Assembly (NCBI GenBank): GCA_048885865.1
Contig: JBHLLF010000002.1
Span: 64,001 to 128,000 of the forward strand
Reading direction: 5' to 3'
Source of the DNA: Candidatus Hermodarchaeota archaeon
GTDB taxonomy: Archaea > Asgardarchaeota > Thorarchaeia > Thorarchaeales > Thorarchaeaceae
Length of the DNA: 64,000 bases
The notes under the pieces are model-generated. The model did not search any database, was not told the DNA's origin, and saw nothing but the letters and a program-made list of their open reading frames with translations. Each line of letters starts with the position of its first letter. The stretch's first letter is position 1. The position numbers and the translations under genes are program-made. Below are positions 48,014-58,685 of this stretch, in pieces.

Positions 48014-50488
48014 TCAGTCATCATCTCTCAATTCAGGTTTGAGTGTATATGCCTTCTCCAGAGCATTTTGTCCCTCTTTCTCACGACCCAACTTAATAAG
48101 AAGGTCACCCAAGCCCTTCCAGCCATCCGCAAACTCCGGGTCCATCTCAATAGATTTTCGGAAGTGCTTCTCAGCGTCTGCAGGGTTTGGTGAGTATGTA
48201 AGGACAGTCCCCCAACTCTCATAGATTGTAGGCTTGTCAGGTTCCATCTCAAGTGCTTTACGAATGTGTTCTTCGCCTTCCTTCCATCTACCTGCTCTTG
48301 CTTTTGTTTCTGCTAGTGCAAGCTGAGCTTGGAACAGGTTGGGATTTTCCTGCCGAATCTCCTCGAAGGTACGGATCGCTTTATCATATTCTTCCTTCTC
48401 AATGGCAATCATTCCCATTCCAAACTTCCATAGGAAATGGTGAGGAATCATTTTCCTGAGTTCCTGCATGGCAATATGAGCTTCATCGAAATCTTTCTTC
48501 TCAGCTTTTTTGGTTCCATAGTTGAAGAGGGCAAAGGGATCCGTGGGTCTTGTATGTCCGGACCTCTTCCTTTCAAGGACCAACTCCAATCCTCTCTTTG
48601 AGTTTGGGTCATCTGGCTTAATCTCAATTGCCTTCCGCATCATCTCTTCTGCTTCATCAAGCCGTCCCTGTTGTAGATACACCTCGCCACGAGCCCCCCA
48701 AGCCCAAGCGAATTCGGGATCTATTTCCACTGCACGTATATAGGCACTCTCGGCCAAATCAAGATGACTGGTTCTCAAGGCCGTCTGGCCAAGCATATAC
48801 CACCCCTCACTGTTGTCGGGTGCAATCTCAGTCAATCGCTTGTATGTTTGTCTTGCCTCTCCGTATCTATCTGATTTCCAATATGCAACACCAAGATTAC
48901 TCCAGGCCTTCTCATATTCTGGGTCTTTAGAGATTGACTCGTTTAGCGCTTCAATAGCCTCATCATAGCGATCTTCTTCAGCTAGGAGCCCCCCAAGCGT
49001 ATTCCACTCCTTGGAGGATAAGGAATCAATGTCGAGAGCTTTGCGAATTGCATCGATTGCATCATTCCTTCGATTGAGATTGAGAAAGGATATCCCCATG
49101 TTATACCAGGCTTCTGCAAATCGAGGTCTTGATTCCACAACTCTACGGTATGTATCGATCGCTGTTCTGTAATCTCCAGCTTCACGGAGGCGTTCAGCCT
49201 CCTTGTATAACTCCTTTATTTCAGGTGGATGGAATAAGCGTTCAACAACAGCAGCCATAGCCTTTCCCAAAATCTCGGGTGGAATGTCAGAATCAGATCC
49301 CGTGATTTGATTAACTAGTACCTGCAATTCAGGTTTGAGTTGCAAGGCACGACCCAAAGCGCTCAATGACTCCTCTCGCTCTCCACTCCTTCTGAGAGAT
49401 AATGAAAGGTTCATCCATGCTTCAGCAAGCTCTGGTGCTAATTGAGTAGCACGACGTGAAGCCTGAATTGCCTCTTGTATATCTGTATCACTTTCAGCGA
49501 GTGACCCTAGAAGAAGAACAGCAATATTATTCCAAGCAGCGGCATTGCTATCTCTGAGAGTAACTTCTCTTTGAAACGCGTCAAACGCACCTTGGAAATC
49601 GGTTTGCGCAATGCGAACATTGCCAAGATGAAACCAGGCATAGGGATACGCGTCATCAATCTCAAGCACTCTTTGGAGTGAATTCTCAGCAGTATTGCTT
49701 TCGCCACGATCTATCGCCCATAGAGCAACCCTCATCCAGTGTTCTGGCTTATTCGTTTTCTGCGCAAGCTTCTCAACCTCCTCGAACTCTAGAGGAGAGA
49801 TAAATCTACGAGAGAGTAGGAGTGCACCCCGATGCTTCTCCGCAATCATGGATTCGCGATAAGTACCAGGCATGCTATCAACAAACCACGATAACCCACC
49901 AAGCCTGAGAAATTCCTTTGTCGATTGGTACTGCTGCTCAAGTTCCTTCATACTCTTGAACATTCGACCTGAGTATCCTCTATCAAGAGCATCACCAGCC
50001 TCAGTTTCTCGACCTGTTTTTGAGTATATAGATGCCAGGTTAATCCAAGCTGGTTCGTAGGAGGGATCAATCTGAACTGCCCTGTCAAAAGCTTTCTCAG
50101 CTTCCACCATATCATCGGCACTAGAATGAACCACTCCCAATGCATGCCATACCTCTGCTGAGTCTGGAAGATGACCGACACCGCGCTCGAGCATCTTCTT
50201 TGCATCAATGACCCCATCAGTAAATAATGTGGCAAAGGCAAGATTGATCCATGCCTCTGGCATAGTAATGCCATCAGGAAGTTCTGTCGATTTAGTCAAA
50301 GATTCCTTTGCTTTTTCGTATTCTCCAAGTTCTGCCTGAACGACACCCAGGTTGTACCATGATAAAGCTACAGTATTGTCAAGGTCTACAGCTTTCTGGA
50401 GGTCTACCTCTGCACCCTTCAGGTCTCTGCGGTCTGCCTTCGATATTCCGTCAATTAGAAGTTGTACTATCTCATCAAGTAAGCCCAT
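48014..50488 (-). CDS. Large TPR-repeat protein
   Basis: Many 34-aa repeats (AWYNMG, AWSNLG, AWINLA, ...A...DP). Confidence 0.9.
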   Translation of the reverse strand: MGLLDEIVQLLIDGISKADRRDLKGAEVDLQKAVDLDNTVALSWYNLGVVQAELGEYEKAKESLTKSTELPDGITMPEAWINLAFATLFTDGVIDAKKMLERGVGHLPDSAEVWHALGVVHSSADDMVEAEKAFDRAVQIDPSYEPAWINLASIYSKTGRETEAGDALDRGYSGRMFKSMKELEQQYQSTKEFLRLGGLSWFVDSMPGTYRESMIAEKHRGALLLSRRFISPLEFEEVEKLAQKTNKPEHWMRVALWAIDRGESNTAENSLQRVLEIDDAYPYAWFHLGNVRIAQTDFQGAFDAFQREVTLRDSNAAAWNNIAVLLLGSLAESDTDIQEAIQASRRATQLAPELAEAWMNLSLSLRRSGEREESLSALGRALQLKPELQVLVNQITGSDSDIPPEILGKAMAAVVERLFHPPEIKELYKEAERLREAGDYRTAIDTYRRVVESRPRFAEAWYNMGISFLNLNRRNDAIDAIRKALDIDSLSSKEWNTLGGLLAEEDRYDEAIEALNESISKDPEYEKAWSNLGVAYWKSDRYGEARQTYKRLTEIAPDNSEGWYMLGQTALRTSHLDLAESAYIRAVEIDPEFAWAWGARGEVYLQQGRLDEAEEMMRKAIEIKPDDPNSKRGLELVLERKRSGHTRPTDPFALFNYGTKKAEKKDFDEAHIAMQELRKMIPHHFLWKFGMGMIAIEKEEYDKAIRTFEEIRQENPNLFQAQLALAETKARAGRWKEGEEHIRKALEMEPDKPTIYESWGTVLTYSPNPADAEKHFRKSIEMDPEFADGWKGLGDLLIKLGREKEGQNALEKAYTLKPELRDDD

Positions 50489-50705
50489 CACTTTTCCCCA
50501 GAGTTTTGGGGGTGAAAGGCTGTAATAAATCCATATTGCTCTCATTCAACATATCTTTCGTGTCATAATCAATAAAATTGAACGGGTTCTCTCCAGATTG
50601 ATATGTCTTAATTGGAAGGGGCTTGTCACGACAACCCTTATTTTCTCCTAACAACAGGATTTGACGGTAAGGGATACTGAGAAACTCCTTTGGATGGTAA
50701 GAACT

Positions 50706-51014
50706 ATGACAGCTGTTCCAAAACGCGAAGTCTTCGAACGCATTATCCAAAATATAACAAGCAAGTTCCCAGATGTCTATGCAGCTCTGTTTATCAGTCC
50801 CGAGGGATTTCCAATCAACTCATGGGGGGTTTCTCTGGAGAGAGCTGAGGAGATATCCGCATTACTTAGTGCACTGATTGGAAAGACAAAGGAAATAATC
50901 CGCCAAGTGAAACAGGGCGGCGACATGCAGTTCATCCAAATCCAATCAAGTTTGGGCGGAATCCGCATAGCCCCGATGGAGGAGTTCATTCTCGTCACTA
51001 TGACTAGGTCATAA
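50706..51014 (+). CDS. Roadblock/LC7 domain protein
   Basis: VYAALFISPEGFPI.S, EISALLSAL, FIQIQS..G.I.IAP.EEFILV. Confidence 0.85.
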   Translation: MTAVPKREVFERIIQNITSKFPDVYAALFISPEGFPINSWGVSLERAEEISALLSALIGKTKEIIRQVKQGGDMQFIQIQSSLGGIRIAPMEEFILVTMTRS

Positions 51015-51084
51015 TTAGAGTACAATGTTACTCTGATGAAGAAGTTAATTAATAAGCGCACATCTTGTCTATCTGTGCACGCCC

Positions 51085-52011
51085 ATGTCTGCAGAATCCT
51101 TCAAGATATCAGATTTATCAAAATTCTATGGTCCAACTCTTGCGTTGGATAAAGTCACTGTTACAGCTCCTAAGAAAGCAGTAGGTTTGCTTGGCCCAAA
51201 CGGCGCTGGGAAGACTACACTTATTCGCATTTTGATGGGAATAATTCGGCACTCTTCGGGCTCAGGAACTGTTTTAGGATATGACTTCTGTGACTCAATC
51301 CAGGATATTAGGGATCACGTTGGATATTCCCCAGAGTTCACGCCAATGATTCCTGATGTAAGTGCTATGAAGTATGTTACCTTCATGGGGAAGCTATCAG
51401 GTCTTGCCTCTGTGGAGGCTGCGCAGCGAGCTCATGATACTTTGCATTATGTTGGCTTAGCTGAAGAGCGCTATCGACCGCTGCGCGAATTTAGCACTGG
51501 CATGATGCAAAAGTGCAAGCTCGCAGCGGCACTGGTTCATGATCCTGATCTGGTCATTCTGGATGAACCAACCGATGGACTTGACCCAACTGGCCGCCAG
51601 AATATGCTAGACCTGATTGAACGCTTGTACAAAGATGAAGGCAAGAGTCTAATCGTTTCATCTCATCTATTGTTTGATGTTGAGAAAGTATGCGACTGGG
51701 TCATGGTTTTGGGAAGAGGTCAGCTGGTGACAAGCGGCGACATGAGTAGCCTACTGGCTGACACCTCTGGGGCATTACGATTGAAGATAACTGGAGATTC
51801 TGAGTCATTCTCACGAAAACTAACCGCCAAGGGGCTAGAGGTTGAGGTGGATGGGCCCTTTATTGATGTGAAAAGGGGAAATGGCACCGAGATGACTATT
51901 CTTGAGGAAGTCAATAGAGACCCAACAGTGAGTCTTCGATATCTAGGGAGTAGAACGCGAACACTTGAAGATGTATTCATCTCGATTGTAGAGGGGAGGG
52001 AGCTCGGATGA
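51085..52011 (+). CDS. ABC-2 type transporter ATP-binding protein
   Basis: GPNGAGKT, FSTGM, ILDEP, SSH. Confidence 0.93.
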   Translation: MSAESFKISDLSKFYGPTLALDKVTVTAPKKAVGLLGPNGAGKTTLIRILMGIIRHSSGSGTVLGYDFCDSIQDIRDHVGYSPEFTPMIPDVSAMKYVTFMGKLSGLASVEAAQRAHDTLHYVGLAEERYRPLREFSTGMMQKCKLAAALVHDPDLVILDEPTDGLDPTGRQNMLDLIERLYKDEGKSLIVSSHLLFDVEKVCDWVMVLGRGQLVTSGDMSSLLADTSGALRLKITGDSESFSRKLTAKGLEVEVDGPFIDVKRGNGTEMTILEEVNRDPTVSLRYLGSRTRTLEDVFISIVEGRELG

Positions 52012-52985
52012 GTGGAGAAACATCTACCGAAGACACCTATATTCAGAAATTTGGCTTTAGGCGATTCACGGGTGTACGTCAGAATCGTTTGTATCGAATA
52101 ATCTCCGTAGCATGGTTTAATCTCATTGAAGCAATAAGACGCTCAGGATTCACCAAGATGCTTCTTGTATTCATGTTCTTCTCCATCCTGATTCAGGATG
52201 TTCTCATCATTGTCATTTCGTGGTTCCTTCCCTTCATTGGTGATCCGATGACAATCAATGATCTTTTTAGAGATGCATATGCTGACTCGGTTCTTGGCAT
52301 GGTTTCACTTGTCAACCGAATCACTGTTCTCGATTTCGGATTCATGCCATTCAATATATCATCTGTTGGAATCAGCTTCATCTGGCTACTACTTATGGCC
52401 ATTGTTGGAGGGGGTCTAATTGCAGATGATAGACTCCATCAAACAACGGAGGTGTACTTCTCAAGAATATCAAGACTTGAGTATGTAATTGGGAAGCTCA
52501 TGAGTCTAATTCTTTTCTCAACAATTGTGGTCGTGCTTCCTTCCATCATTCAGTACTTCCTCCTCTCCTACGGTCTTGAAACAGACCTTCTCGTCAACAT
52601 TGACTTGATGTTCTGGGGCATCGGGTTTACACTTTTGGCCGCGTTTTTGCTCAGTCTAATAATTCTGGCGATGTCTAGCTTCACAAAACGACGAGCTGTT
52701 GCAACACTCACGTTCTTCATTGCTGCTATTGTTATGTCGAGCTTCTACAGCGCAATTGGTTTCGGTCAAAGCGAATCTATGATTCTGCTGCTAGACTTTG
52801 TTGGCGCTATTGCGCTTCTAGGTGCCATGGCACTAGGATACGATTCGCTCGATATTAATGGCCGGGATATTTTCTTTAGCAATGGAATAGGAATAGAAGG
52901 GCCAATGGTTCTTGCTGTGGTTCTGCTGGTTCTTGTGCTTGGCATTATATCTCTAATGCTCACTTTGTTTCGGAGGGATAGCTAA
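52008..52985 (+). CDS. ABC-2 type transporter permease
   Basis: 6+ TM; IADD...YFSRISRLEY..GK; ATGA coupling to the upstream ATPase. Confidence 0.85.
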   Translation: MSGETSTEDTYIQKFGFRRFTGVRQNRLYRIISVAWFNLIEAIRRSGFTKMLLVFMFFSILIQDVLIIVISWFLPFIGDPMTINDLFRDAYADSVLGMVSLVNRITVLDFGFMPFNISSVGISFIWLLLMAIVGGGLIADDRLHQTTEVYFSRISRLEYVIGKLMSLILFSTIVVVLPSIIQYFLLSYGLETDLLVNIDLMFWGIGFTLLAAFLLSLIILAMSSFTKRRAVATLTFFIAAIVMSSFYSAIGFGQSESMILLLDFVGAIALLGAMALGYDSLDINGRDIFFSNGIGIEGPMVLAVVLLVLVLGIISLMLTLFRRDS

Positions 52986-53929
52986 TGTTCATCATAGATA
53001 TCGATGAAGCGTCCAAGCAATATGGCGAGGTCGTGGCTATCAGTCGATTCAACATGTCGGTCAAAGGTGGTTCAATCACAGGATTCGTTGGACCCAATGG
53101 TGCAGGAAAAACGACGACAATTCGCGTTATCACTGGACTGACAAAGCCGGACAGTGGTACAGTTAGTGTATATGGCGAGGATCCCTTCGACAATGTTGGC
53201 ATTAAGGAACGGATAGGGTACGTTTCTGAATATGATGATCTATATTCGTGGGCTACTGTACGAGATTCAGTCAAGATGCTAGCAAATATCAGCACACCAC
53301 GCAAAGCCGGCATCAATGAAGCTGTTGACAAGGCTATTTCGGATGTTGGGATGGCGAAGTTTGCAGATAGGAAGGTTTCGGCTCTCTCCAAGGGAATGAA
53401 GCAGAGAACCAAGATTGCAGCTGCACTGACTCACAAACCTTCTCTGCTAGTATTGGATGAACCTCTTAGTGGACTTGATCCACTGGGTCGTAGGAGAATC
53501 ATGAATCTCCTCAGACGACTCAATAGTGAGGAAGATGTCACGATTCTTATTTCGAGTCATGTTCTTGAAGAGCTCGAGCACCTAGCAAACAGGATTACTC
53601 TCATCCACAGAGGTCAGACAGTTGCAGAAGGAGACCCTGATCGAATCAGGAAGCTCCTGTACCAATACCCGCACGAGATTCAGTTCAAGTCGCTGACAGA
53701 AGATATGAAAAGAATTGCCAGTGGGCTTGTGAAGATTGAGGGGTTGGTTAAGTCGCTTACATTCATCGAGCAGACTACAGATCTGCTTGAATGTCGAGTA
53801 GTAACACCTCAGCCTGAGCAGTTCTATGATGAGCTCATTCGATTGGCTGTCGAGCAAAAGGCACCCATTATCCAATTGGACAGTCTATCTGAGAGTGTGG
53901 AAAGCCTGTTTGAATTCCTAGTATCATGA
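52985..53929 (+). CDS. ABC-2 type transporter ATP-binding protein
   Basis: GPNGAGKT, LSKGM, LDEP, SSH. Confidence 0.93.
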   Translation: MFIIDIDEASKQYGEVVAISRFNMSVKGGSITGFVGPNGAGKTTTIRVITGLTKPDSGTVSVYGEDPFDNVGIKERIGYVSEYDDLYSWATVRDSVKMLANISTPRKAGINEAVDKAISDVGMAKFADRKVSALSKGMKQRTKIAAALTHKPSLLVLDEPLSGLDPLGRRRIMNLLRRLNSEEDVTILISSHVLEELEHLANRITLIHRGQTVAEGDPDRIRKLLYQYPHEIQFKSLTEDMKRIASGLVKIEGLVKSLTFIEQTTDLLECRVVTPQPEQFYDELIRLAVEQKAPIIQLDSLSESVESLFEFLVS

Positions 53930-53939
53930 GGTGATAGAG

Positions 53940-54728
53940 ATGTCAACAGAAGCAACACAAACTATGGCTCAGGAAAATAATGAACTCTCTGCACCTCTGA
54001 AGACGATAATCCGAGGCGTTTACCTTGTGAAACTGTTCCTGACTTCTTTCGTAAAGAGCAGAAAGAGTCAGGTCTTGATAATTCTGGGTTTATTACCAGT
54101 TCTGGTAATGATTGCATGGGATGTACCATCCCCTGCTCGATTCTTCTTCCGTGACTTTGTGCAGACCCTGTATATCTCTTTGCTCATTCCATTATCAGGA
54201 CTGCTTCTTGGAACTGCAGCATTGTCTGATGAGATTGAGTCTCATACAATCGTACAGCTTGTAACTAGGCCCATTAGAAGGATTGAGATACTCATTTGGC
54301 GATACATTGCAACAGTCATAGCAGGTATAATAATCTCCATTATAGTCACCTCTGGATTCTATCTGTCGGTAGTAGTTTCAGAAGAGATTCCACTGGAGAT
54401 GTTGACAGGTTTCTGGTTTGTATGCGCCGTCTGCAATGCTGTCTATTGTGCAATATTCATGCTATTAGGCATAGCTCTAAAGAGGCCTCTTGTCTGGGGA
54501 GTAGTAATTACACTCTACGAGCAACTTCTCGGTGTGGTGGCAATTTTCTTTGAGGGCGCGGTGTTCTCTCTTTCGGGACACATACTGAACTATGGTCAGC
54601 TCTTCGTGGACTATAGCTACAGCATCCCAAATTGGCCGCCACTTAATTCTGGCTCGATTCTTCTCGTGATAGTGCTCGTTTGCATTGCGCTATCTGCAAT
54701 TCTATTCAGGCGAAAAGACCTCGCATAA
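53940..54728 (+). CDS. ABC-2 type transporter permease
   Basis: DEIESHTI..LVTRPIRR; 6 TM; FRRKDL end. Confidence 0.87.
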   Translation: MSTEATQTMAQENNELSAPLKTIIRGVYLVKLFLTSFVKSRKSQVLIILGLLPVLVMIAWDVPSPARFFFRDFVQTLYISLLIPLSGLLLGTAALSDEIESHTIVQLVTRPIRRIEILIWRYIATVIAGIIISIIVTSGFYLSVVVSEEIPLEMLTGFWFVCAVCNAVYCAIFMLLGIALKRPLVWGVVITLYEQLLGVVAIFFEGAVFSLSGHILNYGQLFVDYSYSIPNWPPLNSGSILLVIVLVCIALSAILFRRKDLA

Positions 54729-54778
54729 TCTCGCTAATGCTTAATATTCGGTCACTCGGCAGTCCAACTAGTGCCATT

Positions 54779-54786
54779 TTTATATC
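54779..54786 (+). promoter_or_regulatory. Candidate TATA box of radA
   Basis: TTTATATC ~80 nt upstream of radA; SD GGAGG before the ATG. Confidence 0.45.
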
Positions 54787-54866
54787 TAGCAATGCGACAA
54801 GAGGATGACCATGTGCTTGGCATTATATGCGCGGATGGACGCCAGGCATAGAGGGAGGTCCTCAGG

Positions 54867-55910
54867 ATGTCACCAAGAAAGAAGGCAGATGAAGAAGAAA
54901 CCGTAGATTATGAGGATTTCGAGGAAGACGAAATCGATGATGAATTTGTCGAGCTTGGCACCGAAGGAGAGTCAGGATTAGATGTCACTGATCTCCCGGG
55001 CGTAGGGCCAGCAATCGCAAAGCGCTTGTCCGAGGCTGGTTATAGGAGCGTTGAGGCAATTGCCGTAGCATCTCCATCTGAGCTTGCTGCAGCAGGGTCA
55101 ATTGGCGAAACAACATCTACAAAGATCATAAAGGCAGCACGCGAAATGCTCGATATTGGCTTTGAAACAGCAGACCTTCTTCTTGAAAGGCGAAGGACAG
55201 CGGGACGAATAAGCACCGGCTCTGCTGCACTTGACGAACTCTTCGGGGGAGGACTTGAAACCCAAAGCATTACAGAGATGTACGGTTCATTCAGATCTGG
55301 GAAGACACAAATGGCACATCAGCTGTGTGTCATGGTTCAAAGGCCCCAAAGCGATGGCGGATTGGATGCCACAGCCATTTATGTCGATACAGAGGGCACC
55401 TTCAGACCTGAGCGTCTTGTAGACATGGCTGAAGCTTATAGCATGGATAAGAAGAAGGTCCTGAAGAATGTTGTTTGGGCTCGCGCCTACAACTCTGACC
55501 ATCAAATCCTTCTATGCGACCAAGCAATGGAGATGGCACCCGAGAAGAATGCCCGGCTCCTGGTTGTTGACTCTGTTACAAGCCATTTCAGGGCCGAGTA
55601 CACAGGAAGAGGAACACTTGCCGCCAGACAGCAGAAGCTGAACAAGCATTTGCATCATCTCCAACGAGGTGCTGAGATTAACAACATGGCTGTCTATATC
55701 ACGAATCAAGTAATGGCACGACCAGATGCTTTCTTCGGAGACCCTACTGCTCCAGTTGGGGGTCATGTGCTTGCGCATGTTCCCCAGACGCGGTGTTATC
55801 TGCGAAAGTCAAAGGGAGAGAGGAGAATCTGCAGACTTGTAGACTCACCCAATCTTCCAGAGGGTGAAGCGGTCTTCACTGTCACAAAGGACGGAATACG
55901 CGACGTCTAA
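54867..55910 (+). CDS. radA: DNA repair and recombination protein RadA
   Basis: N-terminal HhH LPGVG, GFETA polymerisation motif, [39 protein letters not shown]. Confidence 0.97.
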   Translation: MSPRKKADEEETVDYEDFEEDEIDDEFVELGTEGESGLDVTDLPGVGPAIAKRLSEAGYRSVEAIAVASPSELAAAGSIGETTSTKIIKAAREMLDIGFETADLLLERRRTAGRISTGSAALDELFGGGLETQSITEMYGSFRSGKTQMAHQLCVMVQRPQSDGGLDATAIYVDTEGTFRPERLVDMAEAYSMDKKKVLKNVVWARAYNSDHQILLCDQAMEMAPEKNARLLVVDSVTSHFRAEYTGRGTLAARQQKLNKHLHHLQRGAEINNMAVYITNQVMARPDAFFGDPTAPVGGHVLAHVPQTRCYLRKSKGERRICRLVDSPNLPEGEAVFTVTKDGIRDV

Positions 55911-55949
55911 TTATCCTGCTTGGAGTTCCAGTTGAGGTGGAAACCCACC

Positions 55950-57296
55950 TCATCCGAACTCAGCGGACTCGATAATCTCTAAGACTGAATCATTCCAACT
56001 CTCAAGTCCTGAGGGGCTAGAAGGATAGGTGTCGTAGACCTTTGATATCTTCTTCATGAGGCCAGCTGCTTTTTGGAGGTCTTTGAGAAGACTAATCCTG
56101 CTTATGCCTCTTCCAAATCTACGAATCTTGTCTATGATTCCAAGTGAGATGCCATCTCCTCGGTTTGCAGCCATAAGATCTCCGGCCTCAAGGATTCTCT
56201 TCTGGAACCCGAAATCCATGTCTTCATCAGAAACCGACTGCAGTAGCCGACGAAAGATTTCCAGCGAGGCCAGCCTTTTGCCAAAATCGGTCAGGTATCT
56301 CATGTTGTAATGCCAGAGTCCCCATGCACTGAGGTCTTTCCTAGCTATTGCCCTCTTTGCCACTTCCCCTACTATTATGCCAGCGCGCATTCCTGCTCCA
56401 ATCCCTCCCCCATGTATGGGGTTGACCTGGGCTGCGGCATCACCGACAAACGCAATTCCATTCGCAACTAAACTCTTCAGTGGTCTTCTGACAGGCACTG
56501 CTCCTCCTGCAGATTCAATGACTTGACTCCCTATCAATAAAGGGTATTTCTTCTTAAAATTCAGGAAATGAGCTTTCGGTGAGCCTCGACCTGAGCCTCC
56601 CGTAATCCCTGTCCCCGCATTGACCTCCTGCGGCCCCTTCGGGAAGATCCACGCATAGCCTCCTGGGGCCACCTTCCCTCCCAACAGTACACGAGCAACC
56701 TCTGGTTCCGCAAGGGGCATCTTGAGCTTCAGTATTTCTCTGTAGCAGAGTGCAACATCTTCCTTAGCAATTGTCTTCTCTACAAGCGGGTGGTCAATTT
56801 TATTCCGAATAGCTCCAGCGAAACCACTCGCATCAATTACAAGCTTAGCATTGACCTGCTTCTCCTCACCCTCGCTCTTATACTCCACGCCAGTTACGGC
56901 ATCTTTGACAACTATCGGTCCGCCAACACGAGTTTCAGGCCGAAAAGATACGCCTGCATCAATGGCTTCACGCAGAAGCCGCTGGCCAAAATTCAGTCTG
57001 TTAACAGTCCACCCATCAAACTCAGTCCAGCCTCTGACCTTGAGTTCATTATTCATGCTTGGCGGATATACATCTGCTCCCGAAATGGAGCTTGAAATCT
57101 CATCATCACTGGGAAACTCAATTCCTGTGTCCTCGAAATGCGATTTACTAATCTCATCGCCACAGACCTTCTGACCCACCTCTGAATGTGCCTTCTTATC
57201 TAGGAGAAGTGTCTTCAGTCCCATTTCTGCGCATCTTCTCGCGGCAACACATCCTGCTGAACCAGCACCAACTACAACAACATCGGGTCTTCTCAA
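55950..57296 (-). CDS. Digeranylgeranylglycerophospholipid reductase (geranylgeranyl reductase family)
   Basis: VVGAGSAG, KVCGD, PGGYAWIFPKG, VGDAA.QVNPIHGGGI. Confidence 0.9.
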   Translation of the reverse strand: MRRPDVVVVGAGSAGCVAARRCAEMGLKTLLLDKKAHSEVGQKVCGDEISKSHFEDTGIEFPSDDEISSSISGADVYPPSMNNELKVRGWTEFDGWTVNRLNFGQRLLREAIDAGVSFRPETRVGGPIVVKDAVTGVEYKSEGEEKQVNAKLVIDASGFAGAIRNKIDHPLVEKTIAKEDVALCYREILKLKMPLAEPEVARVLLGGKVAPGGYAWIFPKGPQEVNAGTGITGGSGRGSPKAHFLNFKKKYPLLIGSQVIESAGGAVPVRRPLKSLVANGIAFVGDAAAQVNPIHGGGIGAGMRAGIIVGEVAKRAIARKDLSAWGLWHYNMRYLTDFGKRLASLEIFRRLLQSVSDEDMDFGFQKRILEAGDLMAANRGDGISLGIIDKIRRFGRGISRISLLKDLQKAAGLMKKISKVYDTYPSSPSGLESWNDSVLEIIESAEFG

Positions 57297-57355
57297 CGTC
57301 TTTCGAAATTTGAGAACCGCATTTGAATATAAAGACGCCGTCGTTTTGGGAGCGG

Positions 57356-57892
57356 TTAGAGATGCTTGAACTCGATTATCACAATGGATACTATCACAAT
57401 GCCCACAATTAGAACAAGCAAAGGCGGCATCCAGTTGATGAACTCAATGAAGTAGCCTATGAGAACAGGTAAGGTCAATGGACTCTGAGCGAGGATTGCG
57501 AGGACAAAGAGTAGTCCTGATGCAGCAAAGATAGGATAGAAGACCGGACCGCCGCTGATAACAAGTAGAAGCGTGATAACTCCCAATCTGCTCTTCACTG
57601 GGTCCAGTAGAGGCAGTGGAATTGTTTCGTCATCATCAAACAGGAAATAGTAGCTGATGAGTAATGTCGGCATCTTGATTCTAATGAGCTCCAAAACCTG
57701 TATTCCAAGTTGCACCGACAATAGGAAGGTCGTATGGATCACCATGTATCCTAGCACAAGTGCTGTGAGTAGCGGCAACTCGATGGCAAGAATCTGATAG
57801 CTTTCCACCAATCCAACAAAGACTAGGAAATTAATGACGAGCAGAATTATATGACCGATAGCACCTGTCAAAACCTTTCTGCTTGTCACCAT
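57356..57892 (-). CDS. Hypothetical polytopic membrane protein
   Basis: Highly hydrophobic, 4-5 TM; downstream of the Rab-like gene on the same strand. Confidence 0.7.
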   Translation of the reverse strand: MVTSRKVLTGAIGHIILLVINFLVFVGLVESYQILAIELPLLTALVLGYMVIHTTFLLSVQLGIQVLELIRIKMPTLLISYYFLFDDDETIPLPLLDPVKSRLGVITLLLVISGGPVFYPIFAASGLLFVLAILAQSPLTLPVLIGYFIEFINWMPPLLVLIVGIVIVSIVIIEFKHL

Positions 57893-57917
57893 TCCTGCTC
57901 AGTCCAAGTGAATCGAA

Positions 57918-58508
57918 CTAGACTCCCAGTTTAAATGGTTTGCTTGGTCCATCGGATGCCATGGGTCCCAGTTGGCGTTGCTTTTCGATGGCACGTGTGA
58001 CAAGCTCAGTGAACAGCTCATTGATATTCTCACCAGTCTTGGCACTGGTTTCATAGTGTAGAACATCAAGCCATTGCTGAATCATCTGGCCCGCAGCTGG
58101 AGGTACTAGCCTATCCTGTCTGTCAATCTTGTTGGCTACTACAGAAACAACCGCATTGGGACAGACCGTTATGAACTTGGTGAACCACTCACCTACATCA
58201 AGGAATGTCTGCGGCCTCGTGACATCATACACAATTATTGCCATGGTTGCACCAGCCATATACCTGCGTCTGAGTTCGTTGTATGTTGGCTGGCCTGCAA
58301 GATCCCACAGGACCACTCTGGCAGTGACTCTGTTGCCGTCTGGCATCGTCACTTCCACCGTCTTGAGGGCAAAAGTAGTGCCAATGGTAGCGATATATCT
58401 CTCACTGAAGGAGCCCTCGGTGTACTGTTTGATGCAGGAGGTCTTTCCAACCGCACCGTCGCCAAGAGCAACTAGCTTAAACATGTGAGAGATTTGCTCG
58501 GTGGACAC
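57918..58508 (-). CDS. Rab-like small GTPase
   Basis: G1 GDGAVGKT, G2 TIG, G3 WDLAGQ, G4 NKID, G5 ETSAK. Confidence 0.93.
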   Translation of the reverse strand: MSTEQISHMFKLVALGDGAVGKTSCIKQYTEGSFSERYIATIGTTFALKTVEVTMPDGNRVTARVVLWDLAGQPTYNELRRRYMAGATMAIIVYDVTRPQTFLDVGEWFTKFITVCPNAVVSVVANKIDRQDRLVPPAAGQMIQQWLDVLHYETSAKTGENINELFTELVTRAIEKQRQLGPMASDGPSKPFKLGV

Positions 58509-58685
58509 GGTTCTTACGTCCTGAAATACACTACCCAGTCAATCTGACTCGGAATGGTATTTAATAGTTCTCGGAATGTCCTCGTAGTATCAAGGCTATC
58601 CATTGAGGAGAGATAAACATCCGACAAACCCTTTTCTAGAGCCCAAACATGTAGCAACCAACAACACAAGCAGGGAGTATGCAAA

